34,811 bases of DNA. Source: Octopus bimaculoides (lineage: Eukaryota). The number at the start of each line of letters is the position of its first letter. Positions within the stretch are counted from its first letter, which is position 1. The notes under the pieces are model-generated. The model had not been told where the DNA came from. It searched no databases and saw only the letters and a program-made list of their open reading frames with translations. The stretch is from positions 55,095,214 through 55,130,024 of the forward strand of contig NC_068999.1 of the NCBI RefSeq assembly GCF_001194135.2, read 5' to 3'. The position numbers and the translations under genes are program-made. Positions 22,281-33,790 of the stretch are shown piece by piece.

Positions 22281-23490
22281 GGAAATCAATTGTAAACAAG
22301 GAATGGTGGAAATATCTAGTACAGAACATCAATGATTTAATCAGAAATACAAATGAAGAAAAGAGAAAATTGATCAAACTAATGGCATGTTTTAGTCTTT
22401 CTCAGTTAAGCTTACACTACACTGTACTTGCAAAAATAACGTACAGAGAATCAATAAGTAGGATTACAGTATTGTAATGTGTGTAATGTTTAAACAAATT
22501 TGTTCAAACTAGTGGGACCCGTGAATATTTCATGGAATTAATAGTAAACTTATTGGGTTATTTCTGAAAACTTTATCCAAAAAACCTGAAAACATATCCT
22601 GTGTTGTGTCTGTATCAAAAGATAGTCGTTCATCTGCTAATCATTGGAAAGTGAAGGCAATTGGATGATTATTTAATGCACTTTATATGTACACTATATA
22701 TATTTATACACAATTTTATAGACTTAATACACAGCACTCGCCCTCTTTCTCTCTCACTCTTCGCCTTACCCTCTTTTTCTCTCTCCTTTTTCTTTCGCTT
22801 TTTGCCTTTCCCTTCAACTAATCATGTGGAAGTGTTATGGACAGGCTAAGTTATGGAGGAACTAGCAGGATTGTTGCGAAATGTTGCTTAAGGTCAACAT
22901 TTGAATAAAGAAAAAGAAAATCAATAGGTAAGGAAACACATGTTAAATATGGTGAAATTGATACAGTTGTAAGACTTGAACTTATGACCATGTGATGTGT
23001 AGTCCAGCACTTTAACTTTACAGCCATTGTCTCTCATGCCAAACAAATAAATTAGTAAATGAACCGATGAGAAATGTCTCTATGTGATCATTTGACCTGT
23101 TGGGTATAATAATCAAATCTCCCTCAAATCAAACCTTATACATACATCAAATATTATACATACATGTCTATCAGTCAGTATGTATGTATGTATAAATGAG
23201 CAAATCAAAACCTCAACAGCCAGAAGCAGAAATTTTTCTCATATCACACCCTTATATCTTAAATATACACATACATATATGCTAGAGCTAAATTGCTAGG
23301 TCCTATCACTACACAGGAGATAACCTAATATAAATAGCAGCCAAATTCCCAGCCGCTGCCACCACTACCACCACTACCACCACCAAATCATTTCCTAACA
23401 TGTTAAAAGAAAGAGAAAAGAATCCATTGGACATGATTATGACAGGAACATTTTAGGTCCTACATCTGTTGAATCAAGGTTGAACTAGAG

Positions 23491-23832
23491 CAGTGACTCT
23501 CAACCGGGGTCCGTATGGTCCCTGAGGGTCCATATAAGATTTTTAAGGTACACACAACAAATTGAAGATCCACAATAGTATTTTAAGAGCCCCTAAAAAA
23601 GTTTTGCATTAGATGTATTTATTGGTATGTAATTTCAAGAAACAGCTAGGTTTCTCTCACTAACATTTAACATAATTCAACACACACATGTTAATGTGCA
23701 AAATACAAATTAGGAATTTTGAAAGAAGTTTCTATAAAACTAGTTTATAAACCTCATATGGTTATGGGGGTCCACCAGAATCAAATAGTAATCAAAGGGT
23801 TCCATAGATAAAAGAATGGTTGCGAATCCCTA
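23491..23832. mobile_element. hAT (Charlie-type) MITE, 342 bp, with an 8-bp target-site duplication
   Basis: TIRs CAGTGACTCTCAACC / GGTTGCGAATCCCTA are flanked by identical AACTAGAG at 23483-23490 and 23833-23840. Confidence 0.92.
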
Positions 23833-23926
23833 AACTAGAGGTTATATGGATAAAAAAAAAAATTATAATGATAAAAGCATGTAAATGAATGTACACAAAA
23901 AACATATTTGCTTTGAAGTGACTTAC

Positions 23927-24071
23927 CGATTTGTATAAAAGGTAATAGTGCCAGAAATATTAATGCACTTATAAAAGGAAAAGTTTTCTTTCGTACTTCA
24001 GTTATGGAACAATCTATGAAGAGATATTTCACATAAACTTGGAGTCGTTGGTTTAAATACCAGGTATACAT
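23927..24071 (-). CDS. probable first coding exon of the membrane-protein gene
   Basis: Acceptor TTTAAATTTCAG (AG at 24085-24084) is followed by 12 nt, then ATG at 24071. It encodes MYTWY...RKKTFPFISALIFLALLPFIQI and ends at a strong donor G|GTAAGT in phase 1. Confidence 0.75.
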
Positions 24072-24168
24072 CTTCTTGTACTTCTGAAATTTAAAGCATG
24101 TAAATGTATACATAATATGAATGTAAGACATAAAAGGAAATGAGTCTGGTATGAACATATAAGTTCAA

Positions 24169-24335
24169 AGCATTTATAAAAGGAAGAGTCTTCTTTTGTG
24201 CTTCAGCTATAGAATAATATAGAGTTGTTTCACAACAATATGAAACAACAATCTAGAGTTTTTTCACAAAGACTTGGAGGCATTTGCTTAAAAACCTGAT
24301 ATACATCTCTTGTACTTCTGAAACTTAAAGTATGA
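24169..24335 (-). pseudogene. degenerate tandem duplicate of the first coding exon
   Basis: It has the same acceptor and ATG layout (ATG at 24306), reads MYIRFLSKCLQVFVKKL* and lacks the donor. Confidence 0.7.
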
Positions 24336-24344
24336 GAATTTTTC

Positions 24345-24728
24345 TTTTACTTGTTTCAGGCATTTGACTGCAGCCATGCTGGAGCACTGCCTTGAAGGGT
24401 TTTAGTTGAACAAATTGACCCGAGGACTTATATTTAAGTCTAATGCTTATTCTATCAGTCTCTTTTTCCAAGCCTCTAGGTTATGGGGATGTAAACACAC
24501 CAACACTGGTTGTCAAGTGGTGGTAAGGGACAAGTACAGACACAATGATACACACACATAAATATATATATCTATATATGATGGGCTTCTTTCAGTTTCT
24601 GTCTACCAAATCCACTCATAAGTCTTTAGGCACCTCAAGGCTACAATCGAAAACACTTGCCCAAGGTGACACACGGTGAACCCATAACCACATGGTTGGG
24701 AAGGAAACTTTTTTCCACACAGCCACAC
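24345..24728 (-). mobile_element. near full-length tRNA-derived SINE
   Basis: It carries the reverse complement of the GGCTGTGTGG...CACCTTGGGCAAGTG head seen at 15612, an internal CA/TA tract and the 3' body shared with 4340-4500. Confidence 0.85.
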
Positions 24729-24799
24729 CAAAGGACATAATAATTAGTAAATAAGTCTGGTATGAGCCTACAAGCTCATTAGACTAGAGATTATCTCAG

Positions 24800-24980
24800 T
24801 TTCCACAACATATCAGCAATGAAGAGTGTCCAGTACTCTCCCACTATTGATTAACCTCCAGCTACCACTTGTATTCATTTTTTGCTGCATGATGTGTTTT
24901 TACCCAAGAACAAAATGCACTGCCCAGTCTGAGAATTGAAACTACAAACTTATGAATGTGGGTCCAACACTCCAAACTGT
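24800..24980 (-). mobile_element. diverged SINE (second family)
   Basis: CCCAAGAACA..ATGCAC...GAATTGAAACTAC is shared with 26395-26595. Confidence 0.55.
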
Positions 24981-25929
24981 AACACTCTGTGTGAAATGCA
25001 TGTTAACATGTATGAAATGTATATATCCAAACAGTATGTGAATGTGTGTCAATGCAATTGTCCTTAAGTCAAAGAAATTGTTTATTAGACATTGTACCTG
25101 AAATAATAAATTTACAGAGAAATACATTGAATCTCATTCAAGAAATTGGCTGTCAACTGAGTGCTTCATTTCCCAGGCATTACCAGATATCATTTGAGTA
25201 AATTTTAAACTTCCAAATCAAGAAGAGAAAGCACTCACACAAACACACAGAACAAGGATTAATGAAAAAATTTAGCCAAAGATATAATGTAAGCAAGGCC
25301 GGATTTAAATCAGGGGTGGGGGCACTTCAAATTCAGTGGGCCTCCCTCATACATAAGAATTAAAATCTTGGAAAATTAGCAAATTTAAATCTCAAAACCC
25401 ATCTATAACAAATGAGTAAAAGAGAGAGAGGGAGACTGAAGCCTCAAAGGAGAGATAAAAAACTTTAATTCCAGTTGCAATGATAATACCAGAAAAATAT
25501 TATAGGTAAAAGTAGGAAGAAGATTGTCAAATATTTGACACCTTTCTCCACTGTTCTTACTAACCAGCTTATTTGTTTTCTTTATTTGTTTTTTTATTTG
25601 ATTTTTCTACTCTGTTCTTCCAGCTTCACCACCCATTTCAAATTATATCTCAAGCAAGTTAACTTGAGGTTCCTTAGCAACAATGTAACCTTCGTATAAT
25701 TAAGGTACCTTCGGCACGATGAGTAGTTAGCTGTGTACCCTTTGTTGAGTAATTATTACATCAGAAGATCCATTACCTAGGAAACATATGCAGCCTGAAT
25801 TTTACCTATTCCACTCCCTCATTTTCGAATTTTTATTCACATTCATAGTGACTCAATTTGCTAACTGTGAGCTACAAAAATGTTTTTCTCAGTTTATCAA
25901 ACTTCAATATATATATTGAAGGAAGACAG

Positions 25930-26313
25930 AGTAGTGACAAAGGATATTTGGATGCTGGGTCTCACAGAGGAAATAACAAGGGATCAGGAGATGTGGCAAT
26001 TGCTGTACTTGATAAGACATATCAAGCTAAGTAAAATCGCTATCTTCCACACATACAGGCTTCTCCTTTCAGGTGTTGGTACCACTTAAAAAGCACTCAC
26101 GCTGGTGCTGTGTGAATGCACCTGTACTGGTGGCATGTAAAAAGCACCTAGCATACTCTGTTAAGTGGTTGTCATTAGGAAGGGCATCCAGCCATAGAAA
26201 CCATGCCTCAACAAACAGTTGGAGTCTGGACAGCTCCCTGCTAGTCAGCTCCATGTCAAACCATGCCAGCATGGAGAGTGGACGTTAAACAGTGATGATG
26301 ATGATGATGATGA
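25930..26313 (+). mobile_element. RTE LINE 3' end with (TGA)n tail
   Basis: It is homologous to 13928-14640 (GGCATGTAAAAAGCAC, GGAAGGGCATCCAGC, CATGCCAGCATGG..GGACGTTAAAC, TGA tail). Confidence 0.8.
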
Positions 26314-26394
26314 TGGACACTCCCATCAAAGATGACGTATGAGCATTCTGCTTTCACCAAACAATCTGCACAAAGAATTTGTTTATAGTGATCA

Positions 26395-26595
26395 AATGTT
26401 CGTTCTGCACATTAGCTCACCCTCTCCATCAAATCGACGTTGTCTGAACAGGTGCACGGTGTGTCATGCATCAAGTGTCAAAATGATCACCGAACAGCAT
26501 GAAACGAAGAGCTTTTCTCAAGAACACAATGCACCCCTGGGTCTAGGAATTGAAACTACCTTCACTGGATTGTAAGTGCAACACCCTAACCATTG
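26395..26595 (-). mobile_element. tRNA-headed SINE (second family)
   Basis: The minus strand has A-box-like TGGTTAGGGTG and B-box-like GTTTCAATTCC, followed by TGCATTGTGTTCTTGAG. Confidence 0.6.
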
Positions 26596-26782
26596 TAGTA
26601 CAAAAAGAAAAGGAAAATAGAGCTTCTAACAACGCAAAAAATTTTACAACAGTTTCTCTCTCACTCTCTTACTGTCTCATTCTTTCTCTCTCTCTCTCTC
26701 TACACACACATATGTATATATTAAGAGAGAAAGGGAGGAGATAGAAAGGAAATGAGAGAGGGAGTGAGATAGATAGATAAAT

Positions 26783-26826
<44 letters not shown>

Positions 26827-28585
26827 CTATTCTACTGTTAGACAACAGAAATGTTATTGGTTAAAATAGTAGCAGTATTTTACAAAACTTACTTGTTGAA
26901 GTGTCCCAATAATAAATGTATGTATTTGTGCATAAAAGTGACCTAGTTGAATGACTAGTCAGATCAATAACTATGAAATAGATAACCAATGACAGCCTTC
27001 AGATATCACATTATATATGTGTAAGGGACGACCGTGCGAACTCATAAAAGGAGAAATGGTGACGAATGGAAAAACAGAGGACTCCTTTTATTTAAACGCG
27101 TCACACGGTCGAACACAAAATAATATATATCAATAATGATGATATACAAGATATGTTATGCGACGATAACATAGATGACCAGTAATGAAAGACCACAACC
27201 GTATTAGATGAATAACAGAGATATTTATTGTGGCGTTAAAGTGTATGTCTGTGTGAGAGTGTGAATGCGACATATAAGAACATAATCAAAGACAGGCCGT
27301 CGTACAAAGAAAAGTGTGTATGTGAGTGATACATGTGTGTATGAGTGTTTACAGCAAATAGAAAGAGTCAATAACACGTGAGCAATTATACCAGATCTTT
27401 ANNNNNNNNNNNNNNNNNNNNNNNNNNNNNNNNNNNNNNNNNNNNNNNNNNNNNNNNNNNNNNNNNNNNNNNNNNNNNNNNNNNNNNNNNNNNNNNNNNN
27501 NNNNNNNNNNNNNNNNNNNNNNNNNNNNNNNNNNNNNNNNNNNNNNNNNNNNNNNNNNNNNNNNNNNNNNNNNNNNNNNNNNNNNNNNNNNNNNNNNNNN
27601 NNNNNNNNNNNNNNNNNNNNNNNNNNNNNNNNNNNNNNNNNNNNNNNNNNNNNNNNNNNNNNNNNNNNNNNNNNNNNNNNNNNNNNNNNNNNNNNNNNNN
27701 NNNNNNNNNNNNNNNNNNNNNNNNNNNNNNNNNNNNNNNNNNNNNNNNNNNNNNNNNNNNNNNNNNNNNNNNNNNNNNNNNNNNNNNNNNNNNNNNNNNN
27801 NNNNNNNNNNNNNNNNNNNNNNNNNNNNNNNNNNNNNNNNNNNNNNNNNNNNNNNNNNNNNNNNNNNNNNNNNNNNNNNNNNNNNNNNNNNNNNNNNNNN
27901 NNNNNNNNNNNNNNNNNNNNNNNNNNNNNNNNNNNNNNNNNNNNNNNNNNNNNNNNNNNNNNNNNNNNNNNNNNNNNNNNNNNNNNNNNNNNNNNNNNNN
28001 NNNNNNNNNNNNNNNNNNNNNNNNNNNNNNNNNNNNNNNNNNNNNNNNNNNNNNNNNNNNNNNNNNNNNNNNNNNNNNNNNNNNNNNNNNNNNNNNNNNN
28101 NNNNNNNNNNNNNNNNNNNNNNNNNNNNNNNNNNNNNNNNNNNNNNNNNNNNNNNNNNNNNNNNNNNNNNNNNNNNNNNNNNNNNNNNNNNNNNNNNNNN
28201 NNNNNNNNNNNNNNNNNNNNNNNNNNNNNNNNNNNNNNNNNNNNNNNNNNNNNNNNNNNNNNNNNNNNNNNNNNNNNNNNNNNNNNNNNNNNNNNNNNNN
28301 NNNNNNNNNNNNNNNNNNNNNNNNNNNNNNNNNNNNNNNNNNNNNNNNNNNNNNNNNNNNNNNNNNNNNNNNNNNNNNNNNNNNNNNNNNNNCGATATAT
28401 CGAGTTTGAAGTCTCTGTCTCTTTTGAATATGAAAATTTAAAACTTTAAAAACCTTATAATATAAATATAAACTGTGAGAACGACCCTTAAGGAATCTAG
28501 TTAATGATCCCCTAAGGTAAGTTCTTATGCTATATTGGTAACGGTTGCTACATCCTCTGGAAAAATTATTATAATATATATATAT

Positions 28586-29057
28586 CATCATCATCATCAT
28601 CATCGTTTAACGTCCGCTTTCCATGCTAGCATGGGTTGGACGATTTGACTGAGGACTGGTGAAACCGGATGGCAACACCAGGCTCCAATCTAATTTGGCA
28701 GAGTTTCTACAGCTGGATGCCCTTCCTAACGCCAACCACTCAGAAAGTGTAGTGGGTGCTTTTACGTGTCGTATCATCATCATCATTATCATCATCATCA
28801 ACGTCATCATTTAACATCTTTTTCGATGCTGGCATGAGTTGAACTGTTTGAAAGGAGCTGGCCAGACAAAAGTCTGCACCAAGCTTTAGTGTCTGTTTTG
28901 GCAGGGTTTTTAAGTCTGGACGCCCTTCCAAATGCCAACAACTTTACAGTGTGAAATGGATGCTTTTTATGTGGCATCATTACTGGCAGGGTCAGCGAGT
29001 AACTTTCAAGAGAAAGATCCTTTGAGAGGGGAGGGGGTCTTGGGAGGATGTGATCTT
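28586..29057 (-). mobile_element. two head-to-tail RTE-type 3' ends (28586-28770 and about 28773-29057), each with a (TGA)n tail
   Basis: Each starts with (CAT)n on the plus strand, followed by TTTAAC.TC..TTT.C.ATGCT.GCATG and GGA.GCCCTTCC.AA.GCCAAC. Confidence 0.85.
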
Positions 29058-31525
29058 GTGCATCAACAGCCAAGGCATTCCTAGTCCACCCTTTAACGGT
29101 TTCTGGCAGCAAACAGAGCGCCTCACAAGTGGCGTTTTCCCTTTCCACAAAAAGCGGAACAGGATCCGTTCCATCGGTTAGGCGGTAGGTTATTACAGAG
29201 GCTATAAACACCTGTGCCACCTCCGCCCTTCCCAACAAGGATAACGTCCTCCCGGACCACTTCCGGGCTATGTCCGTCACCTTGTTCGCCACCTCGTGCA
29301 AGTTCTTCTCTACTTGGAGATCCAGTCCAAACCAGATCCTGAGCATTTTAACCGGGCCCTCCGTCCAACATCCGACGACGCTGTTGGGAAGCATCGACTT
29401 GCCCCTCCAGGTGCCGAGTTGCAAGCCGACAGACTTTTCCTGGTTAATTTTAGCTCCCGCCACCGTCTCGTATCCTTTGATGGCGTTTTCTACACAAGGT
29501 AGCTGCCCTTCGTCAGACACGATGATGGTGACATCATCCGCATATGCCGTAACACTCCTTCTGTAACATAGATCACGCGGGTCTGCCCCCAAGTTTCCCA
29601 GTCTCCGCAGCAGTGGCTCAATCGCCAATACATACAGTAACGGCGATAGGGGACAACCCTGGCGAACCGAACGCTCGATCGCGAATGGGTTCAAAAGAAA
29701 CCCATTCACCCGGACCACGGATTCGATATCAGTATACATTGCTTGAATCCAACCTCGGAAGGTCGGGCCCATACCTGCCGCCCGAAGGACCGCCGCCAAA
29801 TACTCATGGTCAACCCTATCAAAAGCCTTAGACTGGTCTAAATTCACCAGTGCCCCGCCTTTGCCAGGAATTTTACCAACCCGCTCTATGGTGTAGCGAA
29901 TGAGGTGAAGGTTGTCATGTATCGTCCTTCTTGGGATGACACATGTCTGTGCCTCTCCCACCAGGTCGCCTACGACAACCCTCACTCTCTTCGCTAGCAC
30001 CTTGGCCAAAATCTTTAACTCTGTGTTAAGCAGAGTTATGGGCCTGAAATTATTAATAATGTCCCCCTTGCTCGGGTCCTTCCTGATCAGCGTCACNNNN
30101 NNNNNNNNNNNNNNNNNNNNNNNNNNNNNNNNNNNNNNNNNNNNNNNNNNNNNNNNNNNNNNNNNNNNNNNNNNNNNNNNNNNNNNNNNNNNNNNNNNNN
30201 NNNNNNNNNNNNNNNNNNNNNNNNNNNNNNNNNNNNNNNNNNNNNNNNNNNNNNNNNNNNNNNNNNNNNNNNNNNNNNNNNNNNNNNNNNNNNNNNNNNN
30301 NNNNNNNNNNNNNNNNNNNNNNNNNNCCTCCCGAACAAAGTGACAAAGTGCTCGTGGAAGGCCTCACATATCTCCTCATGTCCTTGGATCTCCTGTCCAA
30401 GCTCATTTACCACAGACCTAATCGTGGCCTTCACACCACGACGGGTTTCTTCCGAGCGGGACCATCTGGCAACATTGATACCTTCACGACCCATTGCACG
30501 ACACTTAGCCCGAACTCTGCATCCTTCGTGTTTGGCATTGAGGTGTCGGTCTAGTGCCGATCTCGCCGCCGAAACTTGTGAAGCAGAGTCCATTCTCAAT
30601 GCCTCTTCTAGTGCCTCAATTAGATCCCGTTCTACTCTAGACTGTTCTAAACTTAGCTGTTTACTATATCTAATGACTCAAGTCGAATGGCTCTTTTGAG
30701 GGCACTCCACCACCGGTTGTTAATCACAGGGCCGGATAGTGCCCTCTTTACTAACACCTTAATCTGACTACGGTACGTTTCACAATTAAAGTCTTGTTCA
30801 GCTTCCAATAGCCAGATCCCTGACTATGGACCTTATCTATATGTACCGTACATGTCACTAATTTGTGATCCGTGTCGGGTACATAGGTAAATTGTGGACA
30901 GTTTAAACTATCCTTATCTCTATCACTTACAATAATCCTATCTATATACGATCTGATCGATCCGTCGTAATTTGTCCATGTCCACATTGACACGCTCGGA
31001 TTACTAGATCGAAATCGATCTACCAGCCTATATCGCTTCAGTAGATCTACGAGGCATGAGTCATTTTTCCTAGCGTTAGAGCCGACGCTATCCAGAATAG
31101 CGTTAAAATCACCTAACACAACTACTGTCTTAGATGTCACAAGAAAATTCTCCAGGCGTCGAAAGAAGCCATCTCGTTTGCTTGGTGTCCCAGGCGCGTA
31201 GATGCCAACCAACCTGAAGGCCACTAATTGTCAGATCCAGAACGACCGACTCGCCTTCTGGGTCCATGAAGATTGTACGTGTCTGCATGACCAGACTTTT
31301 CCGGAGCAAAATCACTACGCCTCTACTCCCTCCCTCCCGGCTAGGGGACATGATTTTGTCGTAGCCGTTTAGGAGGGGTGTGAAGTCCCGTAGTTTGTCC
31401 AGCCTGGTCTCTGTAGTGACCATAACATCAATTTTGTGTGCTCTGAGGTCGTCGAAGAGGCACACCTGCTTCTTCTTCGACCCCAGGCCACGGACATTCA
31501 AACAAGCAATACTTAGCATAGCCAT
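29058..31525 (-). pseudogene. ORF2 (AP endonuclease + reverse transcriptase), frameshifted
   Basis: The translation shows MAMLSIACLNVRGL, TETRL, VGIYAP, LGDFNA, IDRII, TDHKLV, FRPITLLNTELKILAK, LDQSKAFDRVDH, VRQGCPLSPLLY, AYADD and GGLGMP. Confidence 0.93.
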
Positions 31526-33057
31526 ATCGAAAAAGGAAAGAGGGTTGCACTTTCGTTCGTTTCGAGTGGATTTCCTTTTCGCCTTCTTCCATTTGGCCAC
31601 TGTCTTTGACGAAGGGTTCAACCGGCAGGTCAAACATCTCTGTAGGGTTTTGTACTATCCGAATATCTTCCGGATGACATTTCCTTAAATCGTAGTACAG
31701 TTTCTCTGGTACTTTGGCTGTTGTGATGGCCTTTTTGGTGTCGTTTACAAAGTACACATTTGACTCTAGACGGGGTTTAATAACCCCGTCTAGATATTTG
31801 TTCTTCGTTCTGTATTGTATCAAGATCTTTTTGTCTTTTTTTAAGTCTATTAATCCTTTATATGGGTTTGTTGATCTTTTTCTCTCCATTTTGTTTTTCG
31901 GGGCCTGCTCAGAGGTGGGGGGGGGCAGTCCTTCCTCTTACTTCTTCTTCTTGCCACCTCCTTGAACCCTCTCTCACTTGTTTCGCTTGCTGGCGTCTCT
32001 TTTGCTGAAGCTGCTTTCTTGTTCGTGGGTGCCTCCTCCACATTACTCTGAGGGGCATTGTTTTCAGAGGTTGTCGCCGACCTCGTGCCAGCCTCCGTGG
32101 CCAATGGTGCCACTTCTGTGATTGATGGCTGAATATAGGCCTCCTTGGCCTTCGATATTGTTGGCCTGTTGTTTGAGGTGGACGCCGGCTTCGTAACGAC
32201 CTCCATGGTTGTCGGCGCCGCCTCTATCGTTACTGGCTGGATCACTTGTTGGTTCTTGTTGGCTACTGTTTTTAGAACGGCCTCTGAGGCCATCGGTGCC
32301 TTCTCACTGGTGGTCGNNNNNNNNNNTCTATCGTTACTGGCTGGATCACTTGTTGGTTCTTGTTGGCTACTGTTTTTAGAACGGCCTCTGAGGCCATCGG
32401 TGCCTTCTCACTGGTGGTCGGTTGCATATTGGCCTCCCCTGCCGCTGTTGACACATGTTGGGTTATCGACCTCTTATTCTTAGAAGCGTCAGCCGCCGAC
32501 TGAGTGACTGTCACCTTGGCCGCCGATGCTGCCACTGTGGTCACTGGCTGTGTGCCTGCCTCTTCGACCTGTCGTTCCACTTCTATATTTAGTTCCTTCT
32601 ATTTCGGGCATTTGGACCTCAGGTGCCCCTTCTTTCCGCGATGGAAGCACCTGAGTTTACGTCCTTCAACGTGAATTGGGATGATTTTATCGTTAATATT
32701 TATGGTCTCGGGTAGTTCTTCTCGGTGGAGGCTGGAAGCCTGCACCAATATCTCAAGGGACTGCCCTTTCCAGTTCGTTGGGCCATCCCTCGTTACTTGG
32801 ATTATGTTTATTTTATCCTCTCTCTTGTATAGTAGTGTAGCCATAATACAGTCTACATCTACCTCTGGTGGTATATGTTGAATCTTTATCCTGGACGTCC
32901 TCCGTCCCAGATAAAGTGGTAACAACATTATTTTGCCACTTGTTACGGTTTGGGTTGAGAGATTCCTTGCTCTCTCGCTGGATTCGAACCTGGCTTCCAC
33001 TGTTGCGTATTTTTTGCCACGGGCCAAATACTTCACTTCATTCATAATATGCCCGAG
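31510..33057 (-). pseudogene. ORF1 (RRM-like region, CCHC knuckle, low-complexity Thr/Ala/Glu linker), frameshifted
   Basis: CFHRGKKGHLRSKCP is a CX2CX4HX4C knuckle with the second Cys changed to Arg, and it lies upstream of ORF2. The 5' part falls in the gap 33058-33441. Confidence 0.8.
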
Positions 33058-33610
33058 NNNNNNNNNNNNNNNNNNNNNNNNNNNNNNNNNNNNNNNNNNN
33101 NNNNNNNNNNNNNNNNNNNNNNNNNNNNNNNNNNNNNNNNNNNNNNNNNNNNNNNNNNNNNNNNNNNNNNNNNNNNNNNNNNNNNNNNNNNNNNNNNNNN
33201 NNNNNNNNNNNNNNNNNNNNNNNNNNNNNNNNNNNNNNNNNNNNNNNNNNNNNNNNNNNNNNNNNNNNNNNNNNNNNNNNNNNNNNNNNNNNNNNNNNNN
33301 NNNNNNNNNNNNNNNNNNNNNNNNNNNNNNNNNNNNNNNNNNNNNNNNNNNNNNNNNNNNNNNNNNNNNNNNNNNNNNNNNNNNNNNNNNNNNNNNNNNN
33401 NNNNNNNNNNNNNNNNNNNNNNNNNNNNNNNNNNNNNNNNNNGGGGGGGGGGGTCACAGTATACAACTAAATATCAGACAATATTTTTTAAAACAACGTT
33501 TCCCTTACGCGAAACCAACAAACGTAATGAACAACAATATCAATAGCACAACAAAAATTATAGTAGTCAACACAGATTAACTCACGCAAGACTGAGGTCT
33601 GGAAACAAAG

Positions 33611-33790
33611 TTTTTTTCTTTATTAACCATAAAGGTTATATATAGATGGGACAAAACAATGGACGTTGGACAGACATACACAAATCTTGCAAAACTTTGG
33701 TTTAAAAATTTACAATTATACACTTTTAAAGTTAAGAATTAAAATGAAAATGATTAAAATGAAATAGGTAAAAATGTTTTGTTAAAGACA
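33611..33790 (-). mobile_element. possible L1-like 3' end (T-rich UTR, AATAAA, oligo-A)
   Basis: The minus strand ends ...ACCTTTATGGTTAATAAAGAAAAAAA. Confidence 0.45.

Larger units (their letters stand above)
29058..33595 (-). mobile_element. L1/Tx1-clade LINE: 5' UTR, ORF1, ORF2 (APE + RT), truncated at the 3' end
   Basis: ORF1, ORF2 endonuclease and RT occur in the expected order. The sequence is CpG-rich relative to its flanks. The 5' boundary near 33595 is approximate. Confidence 0.88.

Noticed and set aside
22527-22632. Possible exon ERLSFDTDTTQDMFSGFLDKVFRNNP in intron 1
   Set aside because: The acceptor is weak, there is no credible donor, and the frame runs into a stop.
24970-25097. 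Acceptor-like TTATTTCAG at 25099-25098 as a 5' exon
   Set aside because: No donor was found before the SINE and there is no compatible frame. A UTR role cannot be excluded but is unsupported.
25465-25582. Minus-strand hydrophobic frame RKQISWLVRTVEKGVKYLTIFFLLLPIIFFWYYH as the gene's first exon
   Set aside because: It has no ATG or good acceptor, in-frame stops lie just upstream, and the only plausible donor is phase 2, whereas phase 1 is needed. Exon 24071-23927 fits better.
11454-26595. A-box/B-box segments as tRNA genes
   Set aside because: They lack a cloverleaf, continue into SINE bodies and occur in multiple diverged copies.
32223-32420. 94-bp direct duplication inside ORF1
   Set aside because: Two identical copies flank a 10-N gap (32317-32326), the signature of an unmerged contig overlap.
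5954-33580. Long ORFs made mostly of X (5954-6721, 16295-17223, 27378-28603, 32933-33580 and others)
   Set aside because: They are artefacts of translating N gaps.
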